Assembly (NCBI GenBank): GCA_007125955.1
Contig: SLCF01000031.1
Coordinates: forward strand, 31,637-95,636
DNA: 64,000 nt
Direction: 5' to 3'
Origin: Bacteroidales bacterium
Lineage (GTDB): Bacteria; Bacteroidota; Bacteroidia; Bacteroidales; PUMT01
Shown: piece after piece, positions 1 through 8,704 of the stretch
Numbering within the stretch: the stretch's first letter is position 1
Layout: the number at the start of each line of letters is the position of its first letter
Translations under genes and position numbers: made by a program
Notes under the pieces: generated by a model
Seen by the model: only the letters and a program-made list of their open reading frames with translations
Told to the model about the DNA's origin: nothing
The model's database searches: none

Positions 1-693
1 ATAAAAAGGGATCCTGAAGAGGGAGACAGGCTGAGGTACCAGACGGTTTATTCATCAAAGGAGGGTTCTGTTGCTGCTCCGACTGCAGGGCTCCATTTTA
101 CGCCACCGCTTATCAGGGAGCTTGGCGAAAAAGGGATGGAAACCGGCGAGATAACCCTGCATGTTGGTGCAGGAACATTCACACCTGTTAAATCACCCAG
201 AATAGAAGAACATGAGATGCATGCGGAAAATTTTTCCGTAACTCCCGGAACCATAAAAATGTTAAGGAAATATTCGGGCAACATCATTGCAGTGGGTACC
301 ACTTCAGTTCGTGTACTTGAATCACTCCATCTTCTTGGGGAAAAGATATCAACCGAAGGAACAAAGGCAGGGAGGCTCTGTGCCGGACAATGGGAATGGT
401 GCAAGTACGGGGGAAAGCTTTCATTCGGCGAATCACTGGATGCTCTCGAATGGTACATGAAGAAAAACAAGCTGCAGGAGCTGAATGCAACAACCCGTAT
501 AATGATTGTCCCGGGTTACAACTTCAGGTCAGTCAGGGGCATGATAACCAACTTTCATCAGCCGGGCAGCACACTGCTTCTGCTTGTGGCTGCATTTGCC
601 GGAAATGAGTGGAAAAAGATTTACAGTTACGCACTAGAAAATGATTACCGTTTCCTCAGTTATGGTGACAGTTCGCTCCTTCTGAAAGTGTAA
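1..693 (+). CDS. queA: S-adenosylmethionine:tRNA ribosyltransferase-isomerase, 5'-truncated by window edge
   Basis: Frame 1 is open from base 1 (IKRDPEEGDRLRYQTVYSSKEGSVAAPTAGLHFT...) and continues into the 136..693 ORF. QueA motifs: AAPTAGLHF, TLHVGAGTF, AVGTT, TNFHQPGSTLLLL, FLSYGDS. Confidence 0.95.
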   Translation: MKRDPEEGDRLRYQTVYSSKEGSVAAPTAGLHFTPPLIRELGEKGMETGEITLHVGAGTFTPVKSPRIEEHEMHAENFSVTPGTIKMLRKYSGNIIAVGTTSVRVLESLHLLGEKISTEGTKAGRLCAGQWEWCKYGGKLSFGESLDALEWYMKKNKLQELNATTRIMIVPGYNFRSVRGMITNFHQPGSTLLLLVAAFAGNEWKKIYSYALENDYRFLSYGDSSLLLKV

Positions 694-698
694 GACGG

Positions 699-728
699 AA
701 AAAAACCGGCACCCGCTGGGAGTACCGG
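699..728 (-). terminator. Intrinsic terminator of the M28 peptidase gene
   Basis: Minus strand CCGGTAC-TCCCAGCGG-GTGCCGG stem-loop followed by T7, about 20 nt after the stop. Confidence 0.65.
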
Positions 729-747
729 TATATTGCATTCCGGGTCT

Positions 748-2865
748 TTAAATAAATTCAACCACCCCGGCAACTCTTAATCTCTCGACATAATTGAGTA
801 TGTCATTCAGCTCAGATTTACCCTCCTGCTGTGCATCTATCATCTTCTTTATTGTATATACAGAATTTTCGCCATTAATAAGTCTGGCGATTTCCGTCAT
901 ATCAATCCTTGTGGCAATGGGGTATTTTTCCAGCTCCTCTTCAGGTGCATCAGACATATACTGGCTCAATCCGGCCGGACCCATTTTTACAGCTTCCGGA
1001 ACAAGTGCGGGAATTATCGCGTCAGCCTTCTCTTCCAGTTCGGTCAACGCAATTGTAACAGGATCTGTCCCGAGTCTCGCAGCCATTGAAGTCATATAAA
1101 CTTCAAGAGCGTCCAGATGAGCTTCTCCGACCCTTTCAACAGTCAGCTTGAGCGATTCCACCTGATCGGCTACTCTTCTTCTTTCAGAAGCAAGTTCATA
1201 TACCGACTCAAGTGTGGCCTTTTCATTTATCACGTGTGCTTCAACAAGGGAAACAGCATCCTTGTACCTCCCGGCCAGGCTGCCTGCATTGGCACTGTTT
1301 ATCTTTTCCATGGCTATCACCAACTGATGGCCAAGCCTCCTTGTTGCGTTGCTGGATATCTCCCCTGCTATTTTCAATGCCATCCCGTCATCCGCATTTG
1401 CAATGGTGTAGGCAGCTGCCGCACCTATCACAGCTGTTCTTTTAAGCTGAGTGGGATCGGATTTGTCAACAAGGTCACCCGAAGTGTGATACCACTGGTC
1501 CGGCCAGGCTATCATCATTACACCAGGGATCTGAACTCCAAAATTATTGAAGACTACATGATCCGAAGCACCGTAGTGGGTTTCAATGCTGTAATGAAAC
1601 GGCTCATCAGCCCCAAACGGTGCAACTATACGGTGCGGGACCTTGTCAAAATCCCTTCTGTTCTGTATTCTTTCCCTGTTTCCTTCTCCAACAAACCTGT
1701 AATAATTCTCCACCACATCGTTTACATAGTGGGCATTGCCGAATGTCGTTCTCATCAGGCAGAAGTAGGCGTTGTTAAGGCTTAGCCATTCCCCGACCAT
1801 ATCCATATTGATGTTGCAGTAAGCACCTTTTATATCCTCAAAATTTTCCGCTACCCATGGACGGGAACCTGAAAATTCCGGACCCCACCAGAACATAATA
1901 CTTCTTTCTGGCCTGGGAAGCCTTCCGTCTTCTATAAGCCTGTTCAGAACACGGGCAACTTCAAGAATCGCTGCGCCACCCGACTTATTGTCGTTTGCAC
2001 CCTGCTTGACCAGTCCCTCAAAAATATGAGCGGAAAAGATAACGCCGATTTCATCGGGGTTTTTCCCCGGTATGAGTGCTTCAACGTTTTGCAGTTCATA
2101 GGGTTCCATACTTGTCTCGACCTGTGCATGAGCAATTATTTTCTCTCCCCGAAGCAGGCGCGATCTCAGGTACTGGCCTTCCCTTATATTCATCTGAAAG
2201 GCAAATGCCGGCTCAATCCGTTCTCCTGTGTCAGGATCTGTAAAACTTCTAATCCTCCCCTGTGGTATCTGCAACGGATCAAAATAGTTCCTGGAGGTGC
2301 TGATAGCCAGCACTCCTTCTGCTCCCGAAAGAACCGCATTGTTATGTATCTGCGTTACATTTCCGTGACCAACTGCAATTTTCCCTTCTACATCCGCTTC
2401 CCTTACCTCTTCAGTAGAGCCGCTGCCTACCCATACCAGCTCAGCAATTACATCTGCACTATTGCTTCCCTGAGTAAGCTGAAAAACATTATCTGTATAG
2501 GAAACTATCTTCTGGCGCCCTGGTGTTACCTCCCAGAGGTCTCCCCTGATCCCGTTCCATGTTGAATCGGAAGCTGCCGGCATTCTTACTATTTTGGCTC
2601 CGGGCACACCATACTGCTGAAGTTTATCGTGAATATATTCCGATTCCCGGAATGTGGTGCGATACTCTTCCAACGGCCTGTTCCTTGTATAACCGCCTGT
2701 TTCCATTATTGTACTGTAGGCGGTTTCACCTGATGCTTCCCCTATGATCTCATGCATCTGATCTTTTGGCAAAAAAGTCCAGTAATACCAGGGTGTATAC
2801 TGGGCACTGATAAACAAGGGCACTGCAATGAATGCCAACAAAATAGAGAATGCTTTTTTTCTCAT
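748..2865 (-). CDS. Secreted M28-family (DUF4910-like) metallopeptidase
   Basis: Signal peptide and PA-like middle region. Zn-ligand motifs SAH, GANDN.SG, GPEF, NMDMVG, GASDH, YHTSGD. Confidence 0.75.
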   Translation of the reverse strand: MRKKAFSILLAFIAVPLFISAQYTPWYYWTFLPKDQMHEIIGEASGETAYSTIMETGGYTRNRPLEEYRTTFRESEYIHDKLQQYGVPGAKIVRMPAASDSTWNGIRGDLWEVTPGRQKIVSYTDNVFQLTQGSNSADVIAELVWVGSGSTEEVREADVEGKIAVGHGNVTQIHNNAVLSGAEGVLAISTSRNYFDPLQIPQGRIRSFTDPDTGERIEPAFAFQMNIREGQYLRSRLLRGEKIIAHAQVETSMEPYELQNVEALIPGKNPDEIGVIFSAHIFEGLVKQGANDNKSGGAAILEVARVLNRLIEDGRLPRPERSIMFWWGPEFSGSRPWVAENFEDIKGAYCNINMDMVGEWLSLNNAYFCLMRTTFGNAHYVNDVVENYYRFVGEGNRERIQNRRDFDKVPHRIVAPFGADEPFHYSIETHYGASDHVVFNNFGVQIPGVMMIAWPDQWYHTSGDLVDKSDPTQLKRTAVIGAAAAYTIANADDGMALKIAGEISSNATRRLGHQLVIAMEKINSANAGSLAGRYKDAVSLVEAHVINEKATLESVYELASERRRVADQVESLKLTVERVGEAHLDALEVYMTSMAARLGTDPVTIALTELEEKADAIIPALVPEAVKMGPAGLSQYMSDAPEEELEKYPIATRIDMTEIARLINGENSVYTIKKMIDAQQEGKSELNDILNYVERLRVAGVVEFI

Positions 2866-3265
2866 GTTAAATGGTTTTGATTAATAAAAGGTTGTTACTG
2901 GCAGTTTATTTCTAAACGGGCAGGAATAAAAGCGTGCCTGATAATATAGTAACCTGACATATTCTTCTGATCCGTTCCGGGTAAATACCGGCCAACTGAT
3001 AAATTTCATACAGCTTGCTGAATTTTTCAAACTGCATATTAACAAAAATTTGTCAATTTTCCATCTCATTGGAATTTCTAAAAATAAAAAAGGGCGCCCT
3101 ATCGGGGACAAAAATACTTCCCCTTCTCATTTCCGGCCATTTTTCACTTAAGCAACCGAATAACTCCTGTTTAACAAATCGGGGCTGAATATTCATCAAA
3201 ATGAGAGCCTATTAAATTATCAGGAATCATAATAATTTATAATAATTTTTATTTTATTAAAATTT

Positions 3266-3304
3266 ATTGCATATATTTACAGCTTCAATGCATACATATA
3301 CATA
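3266..3304. promoter_or_regulatory. Tandem ARG boxes (putative ArgR operator)
   Basis: TGCATATATTTACA (3268-3281) and TGCATACATATACA (3289-3302) have the 21-bp periodicity of paired ARG boxes and lie upstream of argR. Confidence 0.65.
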
Positions 3305-3651
3305 GACTCTATGCATTATATCGGTTATGTTTTTGATCTTGTGAATATAAAGTGTTACAAACAATAACATAACATTTGTTTTAAAACATATTTATACAAC
3401 ATATTCCATTCAGATGAAAGCCCCTTCAGCTTTGTCAGACAAAAAAAATAAACTTAGTTTAGTCAATCAGTGGTCTGGAAATGGGTAGTACTTCTAACAT
3501 GGGGGTTTGACCTTTGGTCGATTTCAAATGTAAACAAATGCTCTTTGAGTTTCTAAATCAGATTTGAAATTCATCAGTTGAAACACATTATTTGATTTGC
3601 TTACAATATATAAATTATTGATATTTAGATTAATTAAACTAGCTTGTTCTG

Positions 3652-4134
3652 ATGAAAGCAAAAACAACGAGACTACTTGCCATAAAGAAGATTATAAGCA
3701 GTGAAAAGATCGGGAGGCAGGAAGAGCTCCTGACCAAGCTGAAAGAGGAAGGTTTCATTATTACCCAGGCAACTTTGTCAAGAGATCTTAAAAATCTGCA
3801 GGCCAGCCGTTTTCCTGATCCTGAAATGGGATACATTTATGTATTGACCCCTCCCACAGACCAGTCGAAAGACAAAAACTCCCCCGGGCAAGACAAAATG
3901 CTTCTAGCCGGTTTTCTTTCAATCGGATTTTCCTCCAACCTGGCTGTTATAAGAACTCTCCCGGGTTATGCACACGGGATTGCCATAATGATAGACAAGC
4001 ATAACAGGCATGAGATACTAGGAACAGTTGCCGGAGACGATACAGTCCTGGTCATTCCCGCAGAAGGCGCAACCAGGATGGACATAATCAATGCTCTCTC
4101 TGTTATGGAACCAAAACTTTCCCGGTTGATTTAA
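3652..4134 (+). CDS. argR: Arginine repressor
   Basis: Winged helix QEEL...TQATLSRDL and C-terminal GTVAGDDT motif; directly upstream of argG and argH. Confidence 0.95.
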   Translation: MKAKTTRLLAIKKIISSEKIGRQEELLTKLKEEGFIITQATLSRDLKNLQASRFPDPEMGYIYVLTPPTDQSKDKNSPGQDKMLLAGFLSIGFSSNLAVIRTLPGYAHGIAIMIDKHNRHEILGTVAGDDTVLVIPAEGATRMDIINALSVMEPKLSRLI

Positions 4135-4349
4135 GGTACATCTGAAGAGAGGTTTCAGGCATTTATGCTAATACAACGGCAAGTACCGGTCTTACACGCA
4201 CTGGTAATATCAATATTACAAAATCCTCAAACTGTTTACCCAAAAATCTGAACTTAATGCAATACTTGTCAATAAACATTTACAAAACAGACTATTAACA
4301 TTAACAATATATTCTATCAGTTATTAGCTAATTAAAAATCAATCTTTAA

Positions 4350-5582
4350 ATGAAAAAGGAAAAAATTGTACTTGCTTACAGCGGTGGACTGGACACTTCC
4401 ATCATACTTAAATGGCTTATCGGTAAAAACTTCGAGGTGATTGCCTACATTGCGGATGTGGGCCAGGAGGATGATTTTGAGGAGGCAAGGAATAAAGCTC
4501 TTGAGATAGGCGCCTCTAAAGTTTACATTGAAGACCTGAAATATGAGCTCGTAAAAGAATATATATTCCCTGCAATCCAGGCCAATGCGGTTTATGAAAG
4601 CCGTTATCTGCTCGGTACGGCACTGGCCAGACCTGCAATTGCAAAGCGGCAGATTGAAATTGCAAAGGAAGAAGGGGCTTCTTATGTTTCCCACGGCTCT
4701 ACAGGAAAAGGAAACGACCAGGTGAGATTTGAACTTGCATACTATGCACTTAATCCTTCTATAAAAGTATTTGCCCCATGGAAAGAGCAGGAGTTCCTGA
4801 ATGAATTCAAAGGAAGGCCGGATATGCTGACTTATGCGAAAAAACATAATATCCCGGTTAAAGCTTCCACAAAAAAACCCTTCAGTGAAGACGACAACCT
4901 TATGCACATCAGTCACGAGGCAGGTATACTGGAAGATCCATCATATTCCCCCGGTGAAGAGATATTTTCCAGGATAGTGTTGCCGAAAAATGCACCCGAC
5001 CGTGAAACTGCAATTGAAATAGATTTCAGGGACGGCATTCCTGTGAAAGTGACTAATAGTTCTGAAAAAACAATAAAAACAGACCCTGTGGAACTTTTTA
5101 CCTACCTTAACAAAATTGGTTCGGAAAACGGTATAGGTATTCTTGACATGGTTGAAAACCGGTATGTTGGGATTAAGTCGAGAGGAGTCTACGAAACACC
5201 CGGAGCTACTATTCTTCATCTTGCACACCTTGATATTGAAGGGATTGCAATGGACAGGGAAGTCATGAGATTGAGGAACATGCTCTCACCACAATTTGCA
5301 GAGATTGTTTACAACGGTTACTGGTTCAGCCCTGAAATGGAATTTTTGATGGCTGCTGTCAAAAAAAGCCAGGAACTGATCAACGGCAAAGTGTTTCTCT
5401 CTCTTTACAAGGGAAATGTATTTGTGAAAGGCCGTGTCTCGCCAAGTTCACTTTATGATGAAGATCTCTCCAGTATGGATATTGAGGGGGGATTTGACCA
5501 GAAAGACAGTGAAGGATTTATTAAGATAAATGCAATAAGGCTGATGGCTCATAACGCTATTGCCCGCAAAAAATCTAACTAA
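4350..5582 (+). CDS. argG: Argininosuccinate synthase
   Basis: [51 protein letters not shown]. Confidence 0.97.
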   Translation: MKKEKIVLAYSGGLDTSIILKWLIGKNFEVIAYIADVGQEDDFEEARNKALEIGASKVYIEDLKYELVKEYIFPAIQANAVYESRYLLGTALARPAIAKRQIEIAKEEGASYVSHGSTGKGNDQVRFELAYYALNPSIKVFAPWKEQEFLNEFKGRPDMLTYAKKHNIPVKASTKKPFSEDDNLMHISHEAGILEDPSYSPGEEIFSRIVLPKNAPDRETAIEIDFRDGIPVKVTNSSEKTIKTDPVELFTYLNKIGSENGIGILDMVENRYVGIKSRGVYETPGATILHLAHLDIEGIAMDREVMRLRNMLSPQFAEIVYNGYWFSPEMEFLMAAVKKSQELINGKVFLSLYKGNVFVKGRVSPSSLYDEDLSSMDIEGGFDQKDSEGFIKINAIRLMAHNAIARKKSN

Positions 5583-5583
5583 C

Positions 5584-6918
5584 ATGAAACTCTGGGATAA
5601 AGGTATTGTAACTGACAGGCAGGCAGTAGAATTCACGACCGGCAATGATAGCAAGCTTGATTTGATGCTTGCCCGTTTTGATGTGATCGGATCTCTTGCC
5701 CATACAGAAATGCTTAAAGAGATAGGCTTGCTCGCTCCTGCTGAACATTCTTCACTAAAGGGTGAACTCCTGGGAATATTAAAAAAAATCGACAGGGGGT
5801 CATTCTTTATTGAAGAGGGTGTTGAGGATATACATTCCCAGGTTGAAAAAGAGCTTACAGATGCTCTCGGAACTGCAGGGAAAAAAGTACATGCCGGCAG
5901 GTCGAGGAACGACCAGGTGGCTTTGGATATCAAAATGTTTGTAAGGTCAGGGATTGAAAGAACCTCCGGTAAGATCAATACTCTTTTCAGGTTGCTGATC
6001 GACCTGAGTGATAAGAACAAATCAAAACTTATCCCCGGGTTCACTCACACACAGGAAGCTATGCCCTCATCATGGGGATTACTTTTGGGTTCTTATGCAG
6101 AAAGTCTGACGGAAGACATGATGTTATTTGATTCAGCTTTCCGTATCTCCAATCTGAGTCCGCTAGGCTCCGGGGCAGGCTACGGGTCATCTTTCCCACT
6201 CAAAAGGGAGATGACTGCAAAGCTTATGGGATTTGCGGGAGTGAACTACAATTCTATAAACGCGCAGGAAAGCCGTTGCAAAACCTTACTTGCAGCTTCA
6301 TTTGCAATCTCTTCCGCAGCAACCACCCTTGTGCGAATGGCAACAGACATGTGTCTCTTCATGAACCGTAGCTTTGGTTATGTCTCTTTTCCTGAAGAAC
6401 TCACAACAGGCTCAAGCATTATGCCCCACAAAAAAAACCCGGACGTTTTTGAGATAATAAGGGGCAAGTGCAATCAATTAAAGTCGCTTCCAAACGAGTG
6501 CATGCTATTATCGGGTAACCTGATAAGCGGATATCACAGGGATTTACAGCTGATCAAGGAGAATATGCTACCTGCTTTTGAAAAGCTTGACTCATGCATT
6601 GAAATGTCGGTTAAAATGCTCCGGAATGCTCAATTTAAGCAGGGTATAAAGAATGATGAAAGGTTTTCGCCAATATTCAGCGTGGAAGAAGTAAACAAGC
6701 TTGTAATGAAAGGAGTCCCTTTCCGTGATGCATATATAAAAGTTGCTGAAAAGATACGAAAAGGAGAATTCAGACCGGTAATGGATATCAGTCACACTCA
6801 TGAAGGCAGCACAGGGAACCTTTGCAACAGTGAAATCAGGGAAAGAATGGATAAAATAATGAAAGGCTTTCCGTTTGATGATATAAACAGTGCCATAATC
6901 TCTTTGTTGAAAAAATAG
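5584..6918 (+). CDS. argH: Argininosuccinate lyase
   Basis: GRSRNDQ, PGFTHTQ.AMP, TGSSIMPHKKNPD. ATG at 5584 (MKLWDKG) lies 1 nt after the argG stop. Confidence 0.95.
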   Translation: MKLWDKGIVTDRQAVEFTTGNDSKLDLMLARFDVIGSLAHTEMLKEIGLLAPAEHSSLKGELLGILKKIDRGSFFIEEGVEDIHSQVEKELTDALGTAGKKVHAGRSRNDQVALDIKMFVRSGIERTSGKINTLFRLLIDLSDKNKSKLIPGFTHTQEAMPSSWGLLLGSYAESLTEDMMLFDSAFRISNLSPLGSGAGYGSSFPLKREMTAKLMGFAGVNYNSINAQESRCKTLLAASFAISSAATTLVRMATDMCLFMNRSFGYVSFPEELTTGSSIMPHKKNPDVFEIIRGKCNQLKSLPNECMLLSGNLISGYHRDLQLIKENMLPAFEKLDSCIEMSVKMLRNAQFKQGIKNDERFSPIFSVEEVNKLVMKGVPFRDAYIKVAEKIRKGEFRPVMDISHTHEGSTGNLCNSEIRERMDKIMKGFPFDDINSAIISLLKK

Positions 6919-7064
6919 GATGACAGGATTATGCAGGTTCAGGGGAGGCTCAGTATTTCAATAGCGGCAATAACGGATCACCCGAAACCGTCCAACGGCA
7001 CAACAACATTATACCTGATTTACAGAAGAGCATCCCGGAGATTTTTTTAGATGGAAAATTCATG

Positions 7065-7072
7065 TACATTTG
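7065..7072 (+). promoter_or_regulatory. Bacteroidetes sigmaA -7 element (TACATTTG) for the usp gene
   Basis: Exact TAnnTTTG about 60 nt upstream of the start. Confidence 0.55.
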
Positions 7073-7133
7073 CAATTGCAATAGCAGAAATACACATAAT
7101 CAGGTTTTAACATACAACAAAACTGTTTGTTCA

Positions 7134-8051
7134 ATGAACAAAATAGTAGTCCCGGTCGATTTTCGCGAACAATCACTTTTGGCACTTGACCAAACAATCA
7201 GCGTTGCCAAATTCATAAAAGCTGAAATTATCATTCTTTATATAATCGAATCCGGAATCATCACCTCACTCGTAAGAAGGGGCAAGAGCCAGGAGAAGCT
7301 CAGGGAAATAGCAGCCGAAAGGCTTCAGAACATTTCTGAAAATGTCTGTTCCAAAGCCGGAATCAAGGCATCTGTGATAATAGAAAGCGGCAGGGTGGCC
7401 CACAAAATTATCGAAGTGGCAAACAACCTTAATGCACGTTTCATAATAATGGGAAAAAATGATTCTGATGCAAAACTTGAAAAATATATCGGCACAAACA
7501 CATCCCAGGTAATAAGCCGCTCGAACTGTCCGGTTATTTCAATAAAGGGAAAGGAACAAAAAATAGTATTTGAAGATATTGTCCTTCCGCTTGACCTGAC
7601 TAAAAAAACACGTGAAAAGGTATTCAATGCAGTGTCATTCGGACTGCATTTCAATTCGGTAATCTGGATGGTTTCGGTGCTGACCGGCGGCATTGCAAAA
7701 AGGCAAAGCAGGATCTATGCGAAGATGAAAAAGGCACAGCAAATGATCCAGGAAAACGGGGTGCCTTGCAAAATAAAGCTGTTTGAGAAAAGCGATAAAC
7801 CCGACTATGAGGTTGTAATAAATTATGCAAAAGAAACCGGTGCTGACCTGATAATGGTTATGACACGCCAGGAGGCAAGCTGGAGGGAGCAATATATAGG
7901 CAGATTTGCAAACGAGATCATCAACCGTTCTGATATACCCGTTATGACAATGATACCTTCAGATCCGAAAAAACACAAAAAAAGGCTGGTGAAAGCCTTT
8001 ATGGATCCTTTTGGTATTTTTTCAAAAAAAAGATTAAATAAGAAGCGTTAG
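7134..8051 (+). CDS. Tandem-domain universal stress protein
   Basis: IVVPVDF, IIMG...G.NT.QVI..SNCPV; second domain IVLPLD, ADLIMVM, IINRSDIPVM. Start moved to ATG 7134. Confidence 0.85.
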   Translation: MNKIVVPVDFREQSLLALDQTISVAKFIKAEIIILYIIESGIITSLVRRGKSQEKLREIAAERLQNISENVCSKAGIKASVIIESGRVAHKIIEVANNLNARFIIMGKNDSDAKLEKYIGTNTSQVISRSNCPVISIKGKEQKIVFEDIVLPLDLTKKTREKVFNAVSFGLHFNSVIWMVSVLTGGIAKRQSRIYAKMKKAQQMIQENGVPCKIKLFEKSDKPDYEVVINYAKETGADLIMVMTRQEASWREQYIGRFANEIINRSDIPVMTMIPSDPKKHKKRLVKAFMDPFGIFSKKRLNKKR

Positions 8052-8065
8052 CCGGCAGGAAATCA

Positions 8066-8668
8066 TTACTTCCCCTTTCGCCACCTCCTGTATTTCAGTC
8101 CATCTGGAGTTTTACCAAGTCTTGAAAGCTGGGAAGGCAAAACCCCTTCGCTTACAAATTTTACATCTTCAACAGAATAGAAAGCTTTTGGATTATATTT
8201 TTTTATTATCTCAACAACCTTTTTTAATTCCGTGCGCTGAATTATTGTATAAATTACATTAACATCCTGCTTGCTGCCCCTGGCCTCCACACTGGTGGTG
8301 CCGTAATTTGCAGCCTGCAGCCTGCATATCAGTTCGTCTGCAGGCTTGGAGGTGATAACCCTCACAATCATAACCCCAAGTGCCATTTTTTCTTCAAGAA
8401 TTATACCTATATAGTTTCCAATGGCAAACCCTCCGGCATAGGCAATATATGTGACGTAATTGTCAAGGTTTTGCATAATTTTGGTGATAGCAACAATCCA
8501 AATCAGCACTTCTATAAAACCAAGCACCGGAGGCAGAAATCTTTTGCTTTTGGAAAGCATGATGATCCTGACAGTCCCTATGCTGACATCAATTATTCTT
8601 GCCACCATTATCAGGAAAGGCAAAACAACATAGTCAAAAAATGACGATTCCAGAAAAAATGTTTCCAT
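8066..8668 (-). CDS. DUF2179/DUF5698 (UPF0316) membrane protein
   Basis: ARIIDVSIGTVR, LGFIEVLIW, YAGGFAIGNYIG, C-terminal PKAFYSVEDV. Confidence 0.8.
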   Translation of the reverse strand: METFFLESSFFDYVVLPFLIMVARIIDVSIGTVRIIMLSKSKRFLPPVLGFIEVLIWIVAITKIMQNLDNYVTYIAYAGGFAIGNYIGIILEEKMALGVMIVRVITSKPADELICRLQAANYGTTSVEARGSKQDVNVIYTIIQRTELKKVVEIIKKYNPKAFYSVEDVKFVSEGVLPSQLSRLGKTPDGLKYRRWRKGK

Positions 8669-8704
8669 ACACAATCACTTATTACATTGCAATTGTATTA
8701 AGCA

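Noticed and set aside
1117-1785. 222-aa plus-strand ORF
   Set aside because: Antisense to the M28 peptidase; composition typical of a shadow frame.
3415-3489. 24-aa ORF (MKAPSALSDKKNKLSLVNQWSGNG; coordinates approximate) as an arginine attenuator leader peptide
   Set aside because: It contains no Arg codons and no terminator/antiterminator pair is evident.
4332-6044. Minus-strand ORFs of 194, 95 and 198 aa
   Set aside because: Antisense shadows of argG and argH.
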